A stretch of 64,000 nucleotides of DNA, taken from contig JBDGRE010000001.1 in assembly GCA_042218325.1 (NCBI GenBank), positions 4,356 to 68,355 of the forward strand, in the 5' to 3' direction. Shown here in pieces: positions 18,193 through 28,581 of this stretch (position 1 is its first letter; the number at the start of each line of letters is the position of its first letter). The position numbers and the translations under genes were made by a program. The notes under the pieces are model-generated. The model made no database searches and was not told the DNA's origin. It was given only the letters and a program-made list of their open reading frames with translations. Origin of the DNA: Candidatus Nanohaloarchaea archaeon (GTDB lineage Archaea; Nanohalarchaeota; Nanosalinia; Nanosalinales; Nanosalinaceae).

Positions 18193-18711
18193 ATGAGCGA
18201 CCTGAAGCCGTACGAGCAGTACCTGTGGAGCCCGAAACGCGAGGAGTACGAGGGACTTGAGATACCGGACGACATCGACTGCATATTCTGCGCCCAGGCC
18301 GAGGACGACGAAAGGGTGACGAAGATCGAGGTTTTCGAGGACGACTTCCTGATGGTCGTGCTCAACGTCTTCCCGTACAACACCGGCCACCTGATGGTGG
18401 TGCCGAAGCGGCACACCAACTCTCTCACGGAGCTCAGCGATGAAGAAAGGAACCGGCTGTTCAAGATGGTGGCTCGTGTCCAGGAACTCCAGGAGGAGGT
18501 CGTAGAGCCCGCAGGGATCGACATCGGCATAAATATCGGCAAGGCCGCCGGCGAGTCGATTCCACACCTCCACGTCCAGCTCGTGCCTATCTACGAGAAG
18601 GACCGCGGCTTCATGGAGACCTCGCTCGACACCAAGGTCATGAAGAAGTCGCTGGAAGACATGCAGGACGAGTACCTCGAACGCGTCGAGCTGCTGGAAG
18701 GCTACTGGTAG
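18193..18711 (+). CDS. HIT-superfamily protein (HxHxQ variant)
   Basis: CIFC, NVFPYNTGHLMVVPKRH, HLHVQLVP. Confidence 0.9.
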   Translation: MSDLKPYEQYLWSPKREEYEGLEIPDDIDCIFCAQAEDDERVTKIEVFEDDFLMVVLNVFPYNTGHLMVVPKRHTNSLTELSDEERNRLFKMVARVQELQEEVVEPAGIDIGINIGKAAGESIPHLHVQLVPIYEKDRGFMETSLDTKVMKKSLEDMQDEYLERVELLEGYW

Positions 18712-18773
18712 ATTGTAATACGAGTGTAGCACAAGGCCCAGGCATATTGTACCAAATCGGTCTTATGTAATAC

Positions 18774-19331
18774 TCAATGCTTTTTCAGGAAGTTGCGGAT
18801 GTCTTTGAGCAGCTCCGGTAACTCGGTGTAGCCTGACGACTCGCTGAGGTGGCCCCCGCCCTCGATAACCTGGAGTTCCGCATCAAGTCTCTCAGCCAGG
18901 TCCTCTGCCTTCGACAGCGGCACGTATGGATCGTCATCAGCGTGGTATAGCCTGAAGTAGTCGCAATTTTCCCGGATTCTCTCGAAGTCGAAATCCCTAT
19001 CTGTTATGGTATGATTCGGCTCGTCGAATCTGTTGCCGAGCAGCCCGGTGAAGCCAGCGACGAAGAAGCAAGCCTCGGCTTCTACGCCCCTTTCGAGCAG
19101 GTTGAGGACGAACGCCGGTCCGACGCTGTGCGCTACGAACACTGTATCGTCGGTGAGTTCGTCGCGGTAGCTTTCGAAATTACTCATCCAGCTCTCAAGG
19201 CTCTGATCCTCGATACCCGGGAAGTCAGGGATGACCACATCGTGGCCTTCATTCTCCAGCTTCTCTTTCAGCCAGGGTAACCAGTTGCTGTCGGGTTCGC
19301 CGCCCGTCCCGTGTATTATGAAGAACCTCAT
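18774..19331 (-). CDS. Alpha/beta hydrolase, YdeN/RBBP9 family
   Basis: FIIHG, NWLPWL, AHSVG nucleophile, DDPYVP, GGH. Confidence 0.9.
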   Translation of the reverse strand: MRFFIIHGTGGEPDSNWLPWLKEKLENEGHDVVIPDFPGIEDQSLESWMSNFESYRDELTDDTVFVAHSVGPAFVLNLLERGVEAEACFFVAGFTGLLGNRFDEPNHTITDRDFDFERIRENCDYFRLYHADDDPYVPLSKAEDLAERLDAELQVIEGGGHLSESSGYTELPELLKDIRNFLKKH

Positions 19332-19813
19332 TCTACCTTCACTTTCACCCATGTCTCCCTGCCGAACTCCGGCTCGTCGAACAGCTTGAATCTTTCGGGC
19401 GTGATCCGGTAGAAGCATGAGTCTAAATCCTTTACGTCTCCGGGCTCCGAAGCGAACTGCTCCACCTCCGGGAACCTCTCCCTGTATAACTCTAGCGCTT
19501 TACCCGGCTCTACTTTCTCCGCGACGCCCCAGACCTGGAGCCCCTGCTTCTCGCTGGAGAACTCCTGGTGAGAGTCGTAGATGCTGAGCGCGATAGAACT
19601 GTTCTCCTCCAGATGCTGGCCGTGCTCTGTTCCGGGCGGAGTCAGGATGTAGAGGTCAAGCCCGTTGTCGAAGGCGTAGAAAGCGGTCGCGGCGTCCGCC
19701 TCGCTGTCAGGAGAGACCGTGGCGAAGGCGCAGAGCCGGTTCTCCTGCAGGATGTTCCCGATGCTGTCCTCGACCCTCTCTTTCCCGTAATCTTCCTCGA
19801 CTTCGAGTTCCAC
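19328..19813 (-). CDS. Pyridoxamine 5'-phosphate oxidase-like FMN-binding protein
   Basis: AFATV, FYAFD, TEHGQHL, GLQVWG, YRITP. Confidence 0.8.
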   Translation of the reverse strand: MELEVEEDYGKERVEDSIGNILQENRLCAFATVSPDSEADAATAFYAFDNGLDLYILTPPGTEHGQHLEENSSIALSIYDSHQEFSSEKQGLQVWGVAEKVEPGKALELYRERFPEVEQFASEPGDVKDLDSCFYRITPERFKLFDEPEFGRETWVKVKVE

Positions 19814-19854
19814 GTTCGGAAACGCGTAAAAATGTCTTTTATCCGTAACCCTTT

Positions 19855-21189
19855 ATGGCATCGTTCTTCCACGCCTACGACCTGCGCGGCCGCTACCCCG
19901 ATGAAATCGGTGAGAAGGAGGCCGAGCGCGTGGGGAAGGCGTTCGGCACCTGGACCTCGGGCGAAGCTGTCCTCGTGGGCAGGGACGGCAGGACCCACGG
20001 CGAGAAAGTTTCCCGGGCGTTCGTTCGCGGCCTGAAATCTGCGGGAGTGGACGTTATCTACGCGGGCATGGTTCCCACACCCGTGGTTTACCAGGCCATG
20101 ATAGCCCGGGATATAGACGCGGCGGCGGTCGTTACCGCGTCGCACAACCCGCAGGAGTACACCGGGTTCAAGTTTTGCAAAAGCGGGGCGCTCGCGGTCT
20201 CCCGTGAGGGTGGCATGGAGGAAGTCGAGAGGATATACGAGGAAGAAGACTTCGATACAGGTGAGGGAGATGTCGAACAGGTGGACCTGGAAAAGGACTA
20301 CGTGGAGTTCGTCTCGGAAGCGATCGAGCTTGAACGTCCGCTGGAGGTCGTGGTCAACTACGGCAACGGCGTGACCGCGGCCATCGGGAAAGAGATGCTG
20401 GAGGAGATAGGCTGCTCCGTCCGGGGTGTCAACGACGAGGTCGATGGAAACTTTCCGAACCACCTGCCCGCGCCCGGCGAGGAAGAGGCCCAGCAACAGT
20501 TGATTGAGGCTATGGACGGCGAGGACCTGGGAATAATATTCGACGGCGACGGCGACCGGGCGGGTTTCGTTCTGCCCGGCTACGGTTACGTGCCGGAGGA
20601 CGAGGTTCTCGCAGTTTTCGCGGAGGAGTGTCTTTCCCTGGAGAAGGGGAAGGTTGTTCACGACCTCAGGGCCTCGAAGCTCGTGAAGGAGCGGGTTCGC
20701 GAGGCCGGCGGAGAACCGGTGGAGTCCCGCGTCGGCCACACCTTTATCTCGGAGATGATACACGACGACCCTGAGGTGGTGTTCGCCGGTGAGCTTTCCG
20801 GCCACTACTACTTCCCGTGCCTCGGGGCGCCCTACGATGATGGGCTGCTCGCGGCGGCGCTGATGTGTCAGGTAGTCTCTGAGCGGGATCTTGCCGAAGA
20901 GCTCGAGTCGTTCCCTTATTACCCGGTGTCGCCCGAGCTCCGTATCGACTGTCCGGAGAACGCGAAGCAGGAGGTCGTGGAAAGGGTGGTGGAGCGCTAC
21001 TCGGGCCACGATACGTCGACTATCGACGGCGTGAAGGTGGAGTTCCCGGAGGGCTGGGCGCTGGTACGCCCCTCGAACACAGAGCCGAAGATGTCGGTGC
21101 GGTGCGAGGCCGATACGGAGGAGGCGCTCGACCGCATCCTGGAGGAGGTGGAATCGTCCGTGAGGGAGTTCATCAGGGAAGCTGGTTGA
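19855..21189 (+). CDS. Phosphomannomutase/phosphoglucomutase
   Basis: TASHNP, FDGDGDR, GELSGHYY, RPSNTEP. Confidence 0.96.
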   Translation: MASFFHAYDLRGRYPDEIGEKEAERVGKAFGTWTSGEAVLVGRDGRTHGEKVSRAFVRGLKSAGVDVIYAGMVPTPVVYQAMIARDIDAAAVVTASHNPQEYTGFKFCKSGALAVSREGGMEEVERIYEEEDFDTGEGDVEQVDLEKDYVEFVSEAIELERPLEVVVNYGNGVTAAIGKEMLEEIGCSVRGVNDEVDGNFPNHLPAPGEEEAQQQLIEAMDGEDLGIIFDGDGDRAGFVLPGYGYVPEDEVLAVFAEECLSLEKGKVVHDLRASKLVKERVREAGGEPVESRVGHTFISEMIHDDPEVVFAGELSGHYYFPCLGAPYDDGLLAAALMCQVVSERDLAEELESFPYYPVSPELRIDCPENAKQEVVERVVERYSGHDTSTIDGVKVEFPEGWALVRPSNTEPKMSVRCEADTEEALDRILEEVESSVREFIREAG

Positions 21190-22459
21190 GTTCTGATACG
21201 AACGCTCCCGAGGAGATTATGTCTCCCATGCCGACAAGTCTTTCCGGCTGCTCGTGGATTATGGTCGGTATGGCCGCGACCCTGTGGCCCTCCACTTCCG
21301 CGGTTCCGTTCTCGACGAAGTCCGTGAGCTCGAAGTAGTCCTGGAAGTCCCCGAGTTCCTCCAGGCCGTGCAGGTGCTTGTTCTCCATGTCGAACCCCTT
21401 CAGGTTCTCGGTACCGGGTATCTCGCCGTCTTCCGCGTTCTTTATTGCGCAGAGTTCGCCGAACAGCATCGCGTCCCTCATACGTTCCCCGGGGATCTCA
21501 TAGTCCTGCGTCGCCACGCAGACGTGGAACCGGTACGTGTGGACATGGCATCTCTGAAGCTCGAACTTCTCTATAAGTTTCTTCGCGGCGTGGAATGCCT
21601 CTCCCAGTGAGAACTCCTCCCGGGGTTCTACGCCCAGTTCCAGCGCCTCTACCAGCGCCCGGAGTTCGCCCTCGTCTAGGCCTATGCTGTCGGCCTCCGT
21701 AAAAACATGCCCGGAGACGAGGCGTGTGAGCTCGTCGTTACGGTGTACGAACTCCACGTGTACCGGTCTGTCGAGTTTGGCTATCTGCTGGCCCGACTTG
21801 TCCAGTTTGGCCTCCTTGTTGCCCTCCACGTCGTGGAAGCCGGAAAGTATGACCCGGTCAGTGTTCTGCTCTATCTCCTCGAAGCTGTCCTCCACTCCCT
21901 TCCGGAAGTACGGCCCGAAGCCTTTCAGCTGGCGGGAGAAGATCACGCGACCGGTCTGCTCGCCGGAGTACTCGAATATGAGGTTCCTCTTGGTGCGGTC
22001 CGTGTTCACCGCGTCCCGGACGTTCTTCAGCACGAAGTCGCCCTCCACGACCGGGTAGAGAACTTTTTCGTCCATCTTCTCCCCGAGCTCTTCGGAGAGG
22101 AAGGGTGTGTAGAATATCACCCCGTTACCGAGTCTCGAGAGGAAGTTGGCCATTATACCGGCCTGTCCTCCTACGTGTTCATCGCTGTTCTCGAACCCGT
22201 GGTCGAGTTCCGAGAGCTCTATCTCGCGGTTCTCGCTGTTCTCGATACAGTACTTCAGCATCGACTTCAGCTGCTCCATCCCCGAGGCCTTCTCCAGCTC
22301 TCTCGGCTCCACACCCGAGAGATCGAGGTCGAGTTCCTCTACCTGCATCACCTCGTCTATGTTCGCGTTGAAGGCCACCAAGACGTCGCGTGAAGGACCT
22401 ATCAGGTCGGCGGCTGAACGGTACTTGTCTATCCAGCGCTCCTTCATGAAACCGGTCAT
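21173..22459 (-). CDS. ADP-dependent glucokinase/phosphofructokinase
   Basis: AFNANID, GGQAGIMAN, HVEF, VGMGDIISSG. Confidence 0.9.
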   Translation of the reverse strand: MTGFMKERWIDKYRSAADLIGPSRDVLVAFNANIDEVMQVEELDLDLSGVEPRELEKASGMEQLKSMLKYCIENSENREIELSELDHGFENSDEHVGGQAGIMANFLSRLGNGVIFYTPFLSEELGEKMDEKVLYPVVEGDFVLKNVRDAVNTDRTKRNLIFEYSGEQTGRVIFSRQLKGFGPYFRKGVEDSFEEIEQNTDRVILSGFHDVEGNKEAKLDKSGQQIAKLDRPVHVEFVHRNDELTRLVSGHVFTEADSIGLDEGELRALVEALELGVEPREEFSLGEAFHAAKKLIEKFELQRCHVHTYRFHVCVATQDYEIPGERMRDAMLFGELCAIKNAEDGEIPGTENLKGFDMENKHLHGLEELGDFQDYFELTDFVENGTAEVEGHRVAAIPTIIHEQPERLVGMGDIISSGAFVSELNQLP

Positions 22460-23088
22460 AGTCCCTTGCACAGCTCCCTGGCTGCTTCTCCTGGTTTTTC
22501 TGCCTTCACGACCCCGGACGCAACGAGAACGCCCTCGCAGCCGAGTTCGATGCTTTTCTCCACGTCCTCCCGGTCCTTTATGCCGGCACCGGTCAAGACA
22601 GGAACCTCCGATTTCTCGACAGCTTCCTGTATCAGTTCCGGCTCGGCCTCGGATACGGAGACGTCCCCGCCTATCAGTTCCGGTGGCTCGAAGGCCACGT
22701 AGTCAGGCCCGAGTTTCGATAGTTCGGCGCATTCTTCCGGGCTCTTCGCGCATACTATCGTTTCGAGACCGTTTTCCTCCGCCCTCTCTATGGCTGCCTC
22801 TATATCCTCCTGTTCCATCCTCTTCTCGGAGTGGTTGAGCAGTGTGCCCGACGCCCCGGCCTTTCTCGCGGCTTCAGCCGTTACATGTCCCGTGTGGGTA
22901 CCGGGCTGCACCGGGTCGATATGCTGGGAGAAGGTCTCTACCGCGCCGATTCTCGATATATCGGGGTGTGCTGGCACCACCACTACTTCTTCACCGGTTT
23001 CATCCGCGACCTCCGCGCATCTCTCCGAGAGCTGCCGGGCTTTCTCTCCTGCTGCCTCGTTGTAGGCCTTGAAGTTTACTACTATCAT
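22456..23088 (-). CDS. tpiA: Triosephosphate isomerase (archaeal type)
   Basis: VNFKAY, LLNHSE, EPPELIG, GVLVASG. Confidence 0.97.
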   Translation of the reverse strand: MIVVNFKAYNEAAGEKARQLSERCAEVADETGEEVVVVPAHPDISRIGAVETFSQHIDPVQPGTHTGHVTAEAARKAGASGTLLNHSEKRMEQEDIEAAIERAEENGLETIVCAKSPEECAELSKLGPDYVAFEPPELIGGDVSVSEAEPELIQEAVEKSEVPVLTGAGIKDREDVEKSIELGCEGVLVASGVVKAEKPGEAARELCKGL

Positions 23089-23121
23089 CGTTTCAAAGAT
23101 TGTCTGCTCCGGTTTATAGTC

Positions 23122-24894
23122 TTACAGCCTGATGTCGAGGCCGGGGTCGTTCAGTATCTCTACTTCCCCGCTGTCGACGGCTATGTCGAGGCGTTCTCCA
23201 CGGATTTTCTTGCCCTTCCTCTCGCAGCTGATATCCGCCGGTTCTATCCTGACGTGGTCCTCCCGGACATCGATGCCGAGCAGATAGGTGTCGACGACGT
23301 GGGTGAACATGGCGGCGCTCCAGGCCTGCTCCGGCGCTCCTGTAAGCTCTCCGCTCTCCGCGTCGACCACCTCCGGAAGTGCTCCCAGCTGGTGCCTGTC
23401 GAGAAACTGCGTTATCTTCTTCAGGAGATTGAGCCCCTGGCCCTCGTTTCCGTACCGGAGGTTCGCTGCCGCTGCCCATCCGGTCGTAAGGCCCCAGGCG
23501 CTGCCGGAGTGGTACCCGTCCGACCTGTAACCCGGGTCGGCCATCGAGCGGGTGCGTGCGCCGTACATCGAGGAGAACTCCGCGTTTATCTTCTCGAGAC
23601 AGCTGCTCGCGTAGTCACTGTCGAGCTGGCCGAGCATCAGGGGTACCGCGGGATTTATCGTCTCCGGGGCGTCCTCGCCCATGTGGTCCTTCATGTATCC
23701 CGTTGACCTGAACTCCTGTAATCCCTGCTCGAGCTTCCCTGCTCGCGGGTCGTTGGTGATCTCTGCGGCCTCCAGCCACAGAGACTGGATGTCTACCGCT
23801 GGCGATCTCTCCAGGGTGTCCATCCAGGTGCCTTCCGGTTCGTGCGCCACGATGTTCCCGTCGAGTTCGAGCTCTTCCATAGCCTCCCCCATCGCGTCCT
23901 CCAGTTTCCCGGTTATGCCGTAGTGCCGGTCTAGCTTGTCGCAGGCGATGACGAAAAGCGGCGCGGAATCGGCTCTCAGGTGGGTATCGCACGCGCCGTC
24001 CTCGAGGAAGACGCGGGAGCACAGGTCCCGGTCGGCGAAGTTTTCGAGTATCTCCCGGGAGAGCTCGTGATGCCCGGCGTCTATCAGCCCGAGCACCGTC
24101 CAGAAGCTGTCTCGGGCCCAGTAGCTCTGGAACCAGGGGTGGCCGGCTATCACGCCCTTGCCCTCCCTGTCGTAGACGAGGTTCTCCATGGAGCCGATGC
24201 AGCTCTGGAAGCACCTTCCAAGTTCGCCGTGAACGAGCTCCTGGCCTTCGCTCTCGAGGACCCCGAAGCTGGCGTCGCTCGTCGCAAGTTCTACGGATAT
24301 TTCCCGGGAGCTGTTCGGCTCCACCTCCTCGCTGAAAACCAGCTCTCCCGGGACGTAGCACCTCTGTTTCTCCCCGGGATGATGCTCCTTGATGTAGTCC
24401 TCGCCCTCCACCTCGAAATCGTTACCCGAGCTTATCATCAGCTTCCGGTCGTTTCCCGACACGGTCAGTCCTTTCCTGTCGGACTCTTTCTCGTAGCTTC
24501 CCTTCCAGATATCGTTCGACTTGTGTCTTATGTCGATGCCGGGTTCGAAGGAGAGCCGGACCGCTTTCGGGTCGTCCGTCCGGTTCTGTATATCTATGGT
24601 TATCCTGAGGCCCGGCAGGCTGTCCGGCGTTTCCACTTTTTCGTCGACCTGCAGGCTGTCCAGTTCGTGATGGAAGACGAAGTTCTCGCCGTACTCCGTC
24701 GCGTTGATGGTGTCGCCGGAGAGCCAGACACCGTTGATCTTCAGGCTGTAGTAGTCCAGGAACTTGTACGGCGGGGCCCAGTAGCCGGTCCACTTGTTCC
24801 GGAACCCGTGGTCGTTGAAGACGTGGAGGAAGCCGTGGAGGTTGGATATAGTCCCGGAGGTCTTGTCGAGGTTTTCCCTGAGGTTGTACTTCAT
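23122..24894 (-). CDS. Amylo-alpha-1,6-glucosidase (glycogen debranching enzyme-like)
   Basis: IAGHPWFQSYWARD, TWMD, YHSGSAW, QAWS. Confidence 0.88.
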   Translation of the reverse strand: MKYNLRENLDKTSGTISNLHGFLHVFNDHGFRNKWTGYWAPPYKFLDYYSLKINGVWLSGDTINATEYGENFVFHHELDSLQVDEKVETPDSLPGLRITIDIQNRTDDPKAVRLSFEPGIDIRHKSNDIWKGSYEKESDRKGLTVSGNDRKLMISSGNDFEVEGEDYIKEHHPGEKQRCYVPGELVFSEEVEPNSSREISVELATSDASFGVLESEGQELVHGELGRCFQSCIGSMENLVYDREGKGVIAGHPWFQSYWARDSFWTVLGLIDAGHHELSREILENFADRDLCSRVFLEDGACDTHLRADSAPLFVIACDKLDRHYGITGKLEDAMGEAMEELELDGNIVAHEPEGTWMDTLERSPAVDIQSLWLEAAEITNDPRAGKLEQGLQEFRSTGYMKDHMGEDAPETINPAVPLMLGQLDSDYASSCLEKINAEFSSMYGARTRSMADPGYRSDGYHSGSAWGLTTGWAAAANLRYGNEGQGLNLLKKITQFLDRHQLGALPEVVDAESGELTGAPEQAWSAAMFTHVVDTYLLGIDVREDHVRIEPADISCERKGKKIRGERLDIAVDSGEVEILNDPGLDIRL

Positions 24895-24997
24895 AGGAAT
24901 CCCTGAGGCTGTCACCGGTATAAAACCTCTATTTTGACTTTTCGGTAGCAAAGCGGTTCCTGCGAGGTTTTTATAGCAGGTAACATCATTGTTGTAT

Positions 24998-26743
24998 ATG
25001 CCGCAGGAAAACTTCGTAGAGGTTTCTTTCGAGGCCGCCAACAAGGTCGGGGGGATCTACCAGGTGCTGAAATCGAAGGCTGGCAAGATGAAGGATTACT
25101 ACGGCGACAGCTACTACACCATCGGCTTTTACGACGAGGAATCAGCCGCGCAGGATTTCGCTCCGAGGGAGTGCCCGCCGGAGCTCAAGCAGCTTAAGGA
25201 GGAGGACAACGGTATCGAGATACACTGCGGTGTCTGGCGGATAGACAGCCAGCCGAAATGTATACTTGTAGACGTTTCCGGGATGGAGAAGACCGCGGAC
25301 GACATCAAAGAGGAGCTTTACGAGGAGTACAGCATCGATTCCATGGGCGCAGGAGAAGATTTCGACGAGCCGGTGAAATGGAGCTACGCCGCCGGCAAGG
25401 TGGTGTCGGCGCTGGAAGGGGGTTTCGAGGGCGATACAGTGGTGCAGCTCCACGAGTGGCTCTCCGGTCCCGCGATGCTCAACTTCGATGCGCCCACAGT
25501 CTTCACGACCCACGCCACCGTGCTCGGCCGCACCCTTTCGAACGCGGACTACGATCTCGATGAGCTCATCAAGCAGGACGCTATCGAGGACTCGATGGCC
25601 GAGCAGCACGGCGTGAAGGCGAAGCATCAGGCAGAGAAGGCGGCGGCCGGGAACGCGGACGTTTTCACCACGGTCTCGGAAGTGACCGGCGAGGAGGCAG
25701 AGGCCGTCCTCGGCGTGAAGCCCGACAGGATACTGCCGAACGGGTTCAACGTCGGCGAGTTCCCGTCGCTGGAGGAGCTTTCCTACCAGCACAAGAGAAA
25801 AAAGGACGAGATGAAGAAGTTCCTCAGGGCCTACTTCGAGCCTTACTACGACGTCAACCTTCAGGACGACCCGCGGATACTGTTCATATCGGGCCGTTAC
25901 GAGTTCCACAACAAGGGGCTCGACGTTTTCATAGACGCTCTCGCGGAGCTGAACGAGCAGGAAGGTGAGGATTTTTTCGTCTTCTTCTTCGTGCCGACCG
26001 ACGTAAGTCAGGTCAAGCCTGAGGTACTGGAGAACATGTCGCTGTACCAGGAGCTGGAGGACTACGTCGACTCCGTGATGCCCGAGATACGCTCCTCGCT
26101 GATAGACTCACTGACGTCCGGAGAAGAGGCCGGTGAAAGGCTGAAGGAGCTTATAGACGAGAGCTCCGCGGGGCTCGAATCGCTGCAGAAGAACTTCCAC
26201 GACAAGAAGGGCAACGCGGCCCCTAACTGCGCGTTCGACCTCAATTACGCGGAAGACGAGATACTGCACAGGATGCATCATAAAGGGCTCAGGAACAGGG
26301 AAGACGACCGCGTCAAAGTCATATTCTATCCCACCTACCTGTCTATGGGCGACAAGCTGCTCTCGATGAGCTACAACGATGCGATAGTGGCCTGCTCCGC
26401 GGGTGTGTTCCCCAGCTACTACGAGCCCTGGGGCTACACGCCGGTCGAAACCGCGGCCAACGGCGCACTGTCGATAACCACGGACATGGCCGGGTTCGGG
26501 CAGTTCCTGCTCGAGAACACCGGAGAGGAAGACAGGAAGGGGATCAAGGTTTTGGAGCGCCAGGACGTATCCGATGGGGAGGCATCGGGAAGGCTGGCGG
26601 AGATGATAGAGGACATAGTATCGTACTCCAAGACCGAGATAACCGAGAGAAAGCATAATGCAAGAAGGCTGGCCCAGCTGACGTCCTGGGAGAAACTCGG
26701 TAAAAACTACAAAGAGGCGCACGAGATGGCGGTGAAGGAATGA
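24998..26743 (+). CDS. Glycogen synthase, GT3 family
   Basis: FEAANKVGGIYQV, FTTHATVLGR, SGRYEFHNKG, FPSYYEPWGYTP. Confidence 0.95.
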   Translation: MPQENFVEVSFEAANKVGGIYQVLKSKAGKMKDYYGDSYYTIGFYDEESAAQDFAPRECPPELKQLKEEDNGIEIHCGVWRIDSQPKCILVDVSGMEKTADDIKEELYEEYSIDSMGAGEDFDEPVKWSYAAGKVVSALEGGFEGDTVVQLHEWLSGPAMLNFDAPTVFTTHATVLGRTLSNADYDLDELIKQDAIEDSMAEQHGVKAKHQAEKAAAGNADVFTTVSEVTGEEAEAVLGVKPDRILPNGFNVGEFPSLEELSYQHKRKKDEMKKFLRAYFEPYYDVNLQDDPRILFISGRYEFHNKGLDVFIDALAELNEQEGEDFFVFFFVPTDVSQVKPEVLENMSLYQELEDYVDSVMPEIRSSLIDSLTSGEEAGERLKELIDESSAGLESLQKNFHDKKGNAAPNCAFDLNYAEDEILHRMHHKGLRNREDDRVKVIFYPTYLSMGDKLLSMSYNDAIVACSAGVFPSYYEPWGYTPVETAANGALSITTDMAGFGQFLLENTGEEDRKGIKVLERQDVSDGEASGRLAEMIEDIVSYSKTEITERKHNARRLAQLTSWEKLGKNYKEAHEMAVKE

Positions 26744-27918
26744 TGTCGCTGAAGATAGAGATAGACCACGTGAACGAGCGGCAGCGCAAGGTACAGGAGC
26801 TGCCGAGACACCGGGAGCCCAGGTTCGTGAAGCACGAGCCGGACATCGATGCGATCCGTGAAGCTGTCGAGAACGAGCACGACTTCGACAACCTCGTCGT
26901 CATTGGGAACGGCGGCTCGATAACCTCCTTCCGGGCCTACCTGTACGCCTTCTTCCCCGAGATAGACGTCGATGTCCGGATGGTCACGACCATGGACCCG
27001 GACTACCTCAACCGGCTGTCCCGGGAGCTCGACCCGGAGGATACGCTCGTGATGCCGATAAGCAAGTCGGGCGACACGGTCGGGGTCATCGAGTCTCTGC
27101 TGTTCTTCATGGACCGCGACTATCCTGTTTACGCGGTCACGTCTGATAATGACGGGGCGTTAAAACAGATAGTAGAAAGAGAGGACCTGAACTGGTTCGA
27201 GCACCCGGACGTCGGAGGCCGGTTCTCCGGGGCCACGGAAACCGCTCTCGTACCCGCCGCGTTCGCCGGTATGCCGGTATCGGAGATAAGGAAGGGTGCG
27301 GAGCAGATGTACGAGGAGCTCGCTCCCGGGAACCAGTACAACCCCGCATTAAACGTTGCCTCGGCGCTGTACGACGCGGAGCAGAAAGGATATGAGAACG
27401 TGTTCGCAGGCTTCTACTCGACCCGGATGTTCGGCTTCAAACCGCTGTTCGTCCAGCTGATGCATGAAACTGTGGCGAAGAACGGCGAGGGCCAGTTCGT
27501 CGCCGGCGACCACGGCCCCGAGTTCCAGCACCACACCAACCAGCGCATATTCGGCGGAAAGAAGAACGTTCTACCCGTCTTCTTCAGGACGGAGAACCAC
27601 GAGGAATCGGAGATAACAGTGCCGGAGGAACTGGGGGACGTGGATCTCAGGGGTAAGAGCCTGGAGATGCTCGACTCACGGACGCTCCAGGAATCGCTGG
27701 TCGCGGAGTACCGCGGCGTCAAGGATGCGCTCGACGAGGAGGACATGCCGAACCTGACGATCTCGTTCACGGAGCTGTCGCACGAGGCCGCCGGAAAGCT
27801 TGTGGCGTTCCTGCAGTACGTGGCAGTCTACTCGGCCTGGCTGCGCGATGTCGACCCTTTCAGCCAGCCGGACGTGGAAAGGAGTAAGAGGCTTGGGTTC
27901 GAGAACCGTTTCAGGTGA
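26740..27918 (+). CDS. pgi: Glucose-6-phosphate isomerase
   Basis: IGNGGS, SKSGDT, VGGRFS, DPFSQPDVERSK. Confidence 0.88.
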   Translation: MMSLKIEIDHVNERQRKVQELPRHREPRFVKHEPDIDAIREAVENEHDFDNLVVIGNGGSITSFRAYLYAFFPEIDVDVRMVTTMDPDYLNRLSRELDPEDTLVMPISKSGDTVGVIESLLFFMDRDYPVYAVTSDNDGALKQIVEREDLNWFEHPDVGGRFSGATETALVPAAFAGMPVSEIRKGAEQMYEELAPGNQYNPALNVASALYDAEQKGYENVFAGFYSTRMFGFKPLFVQLMHETVAKNGEGQFVAGDHGPEFQHHTNQRIFGGKKNVLPVFFRTENHEESEITVPEELGDVDLRGKSLEMLDSRTLQESLVAEYRGVKDALDEEDMPNLTISFTELSHEAAGKLVAFLQYVAVYSAWLRDVDPFSQPDVERSKRLGFENRFR

Positions 27919-28535
27919 AAGATGTGAAAGTGCTCCTTCTCTCGAAAGATTTCCGCGACGGGGAAGGTATCTCCGAGTACTGCAAGAGCATCGCGGAGAG
28001 ACTTGTCGAGGAAGGCCATGAAGCGAGCATAGTATCTTTCGAGGACGGCTCCCATTACTCGGTGGATGACAGGGTCGAGGTCCGTCGCGTCCCCGTACAT
28101 TTCGAGGGCGACAACATATACAACTGGGCGATGGTGCTGAACAACGAGCTGAAGCAGCAGGCCCGGCAGGTTTTCGACGAGGAAGGGTTCGACCTGGTCC
28201 ACGCGAACGACTGGACCACGATACCCGGCGGAGTCATGGTGTCGAAGCATCTCGAGAAGCCGCTGATAGTCACCATCCACTCCACGGAGAACGAGCGCGG
28301 CTTCGAGGGCGACCACGCCGCACTGATATCGGAGCTGGAATGGCAGGGAAGCTTCGAGGCGGACACTGTGCTCGCGACGAAGGATGATACGCGGAACTCG
28401 CTGGTCTTCGACCTCGACGTGCCGGATGACAAGGTGGAAGTGATCGACCCGTACAGCGAGGGCTGGCAAGAAAGGATTTTAAAGAAGTACGGGGAATCAA
28501 TGGAACATAAGGAGGAAGCTGAGGCCGTATCATGA
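27915..28535 (+). CDS. GT4 glycosyltransferase N-terminal domain-only protein
   Basis: FDLVHANDW, TIHSTE; no C-terminal nucleotide-sugar-binding domain. Confidence 0.8.
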   Translation: MKDVKVLLLSKDFRDGEGISEYCKSIAERLVEEGHEASIVSFEDGSHYSVDDRVEVRRVPVHFEGDNIYNWAMVLNNELKQQARQVFDEEGFDLVHANDWTTIPGGVMVSKHLEKPLIVTIHSTENERGFEGDHAALISELEWQGSFEADTVLATKDDTRNSLVFDLDVPDDKVEVIDPYSEGWQERILKKYGESMEHKEEAEAVS

Positions 28536-28581
28536 TATATTACGAATTTTGCGGAGCTGAAAAAGGCGGAGGTGCTATTAC

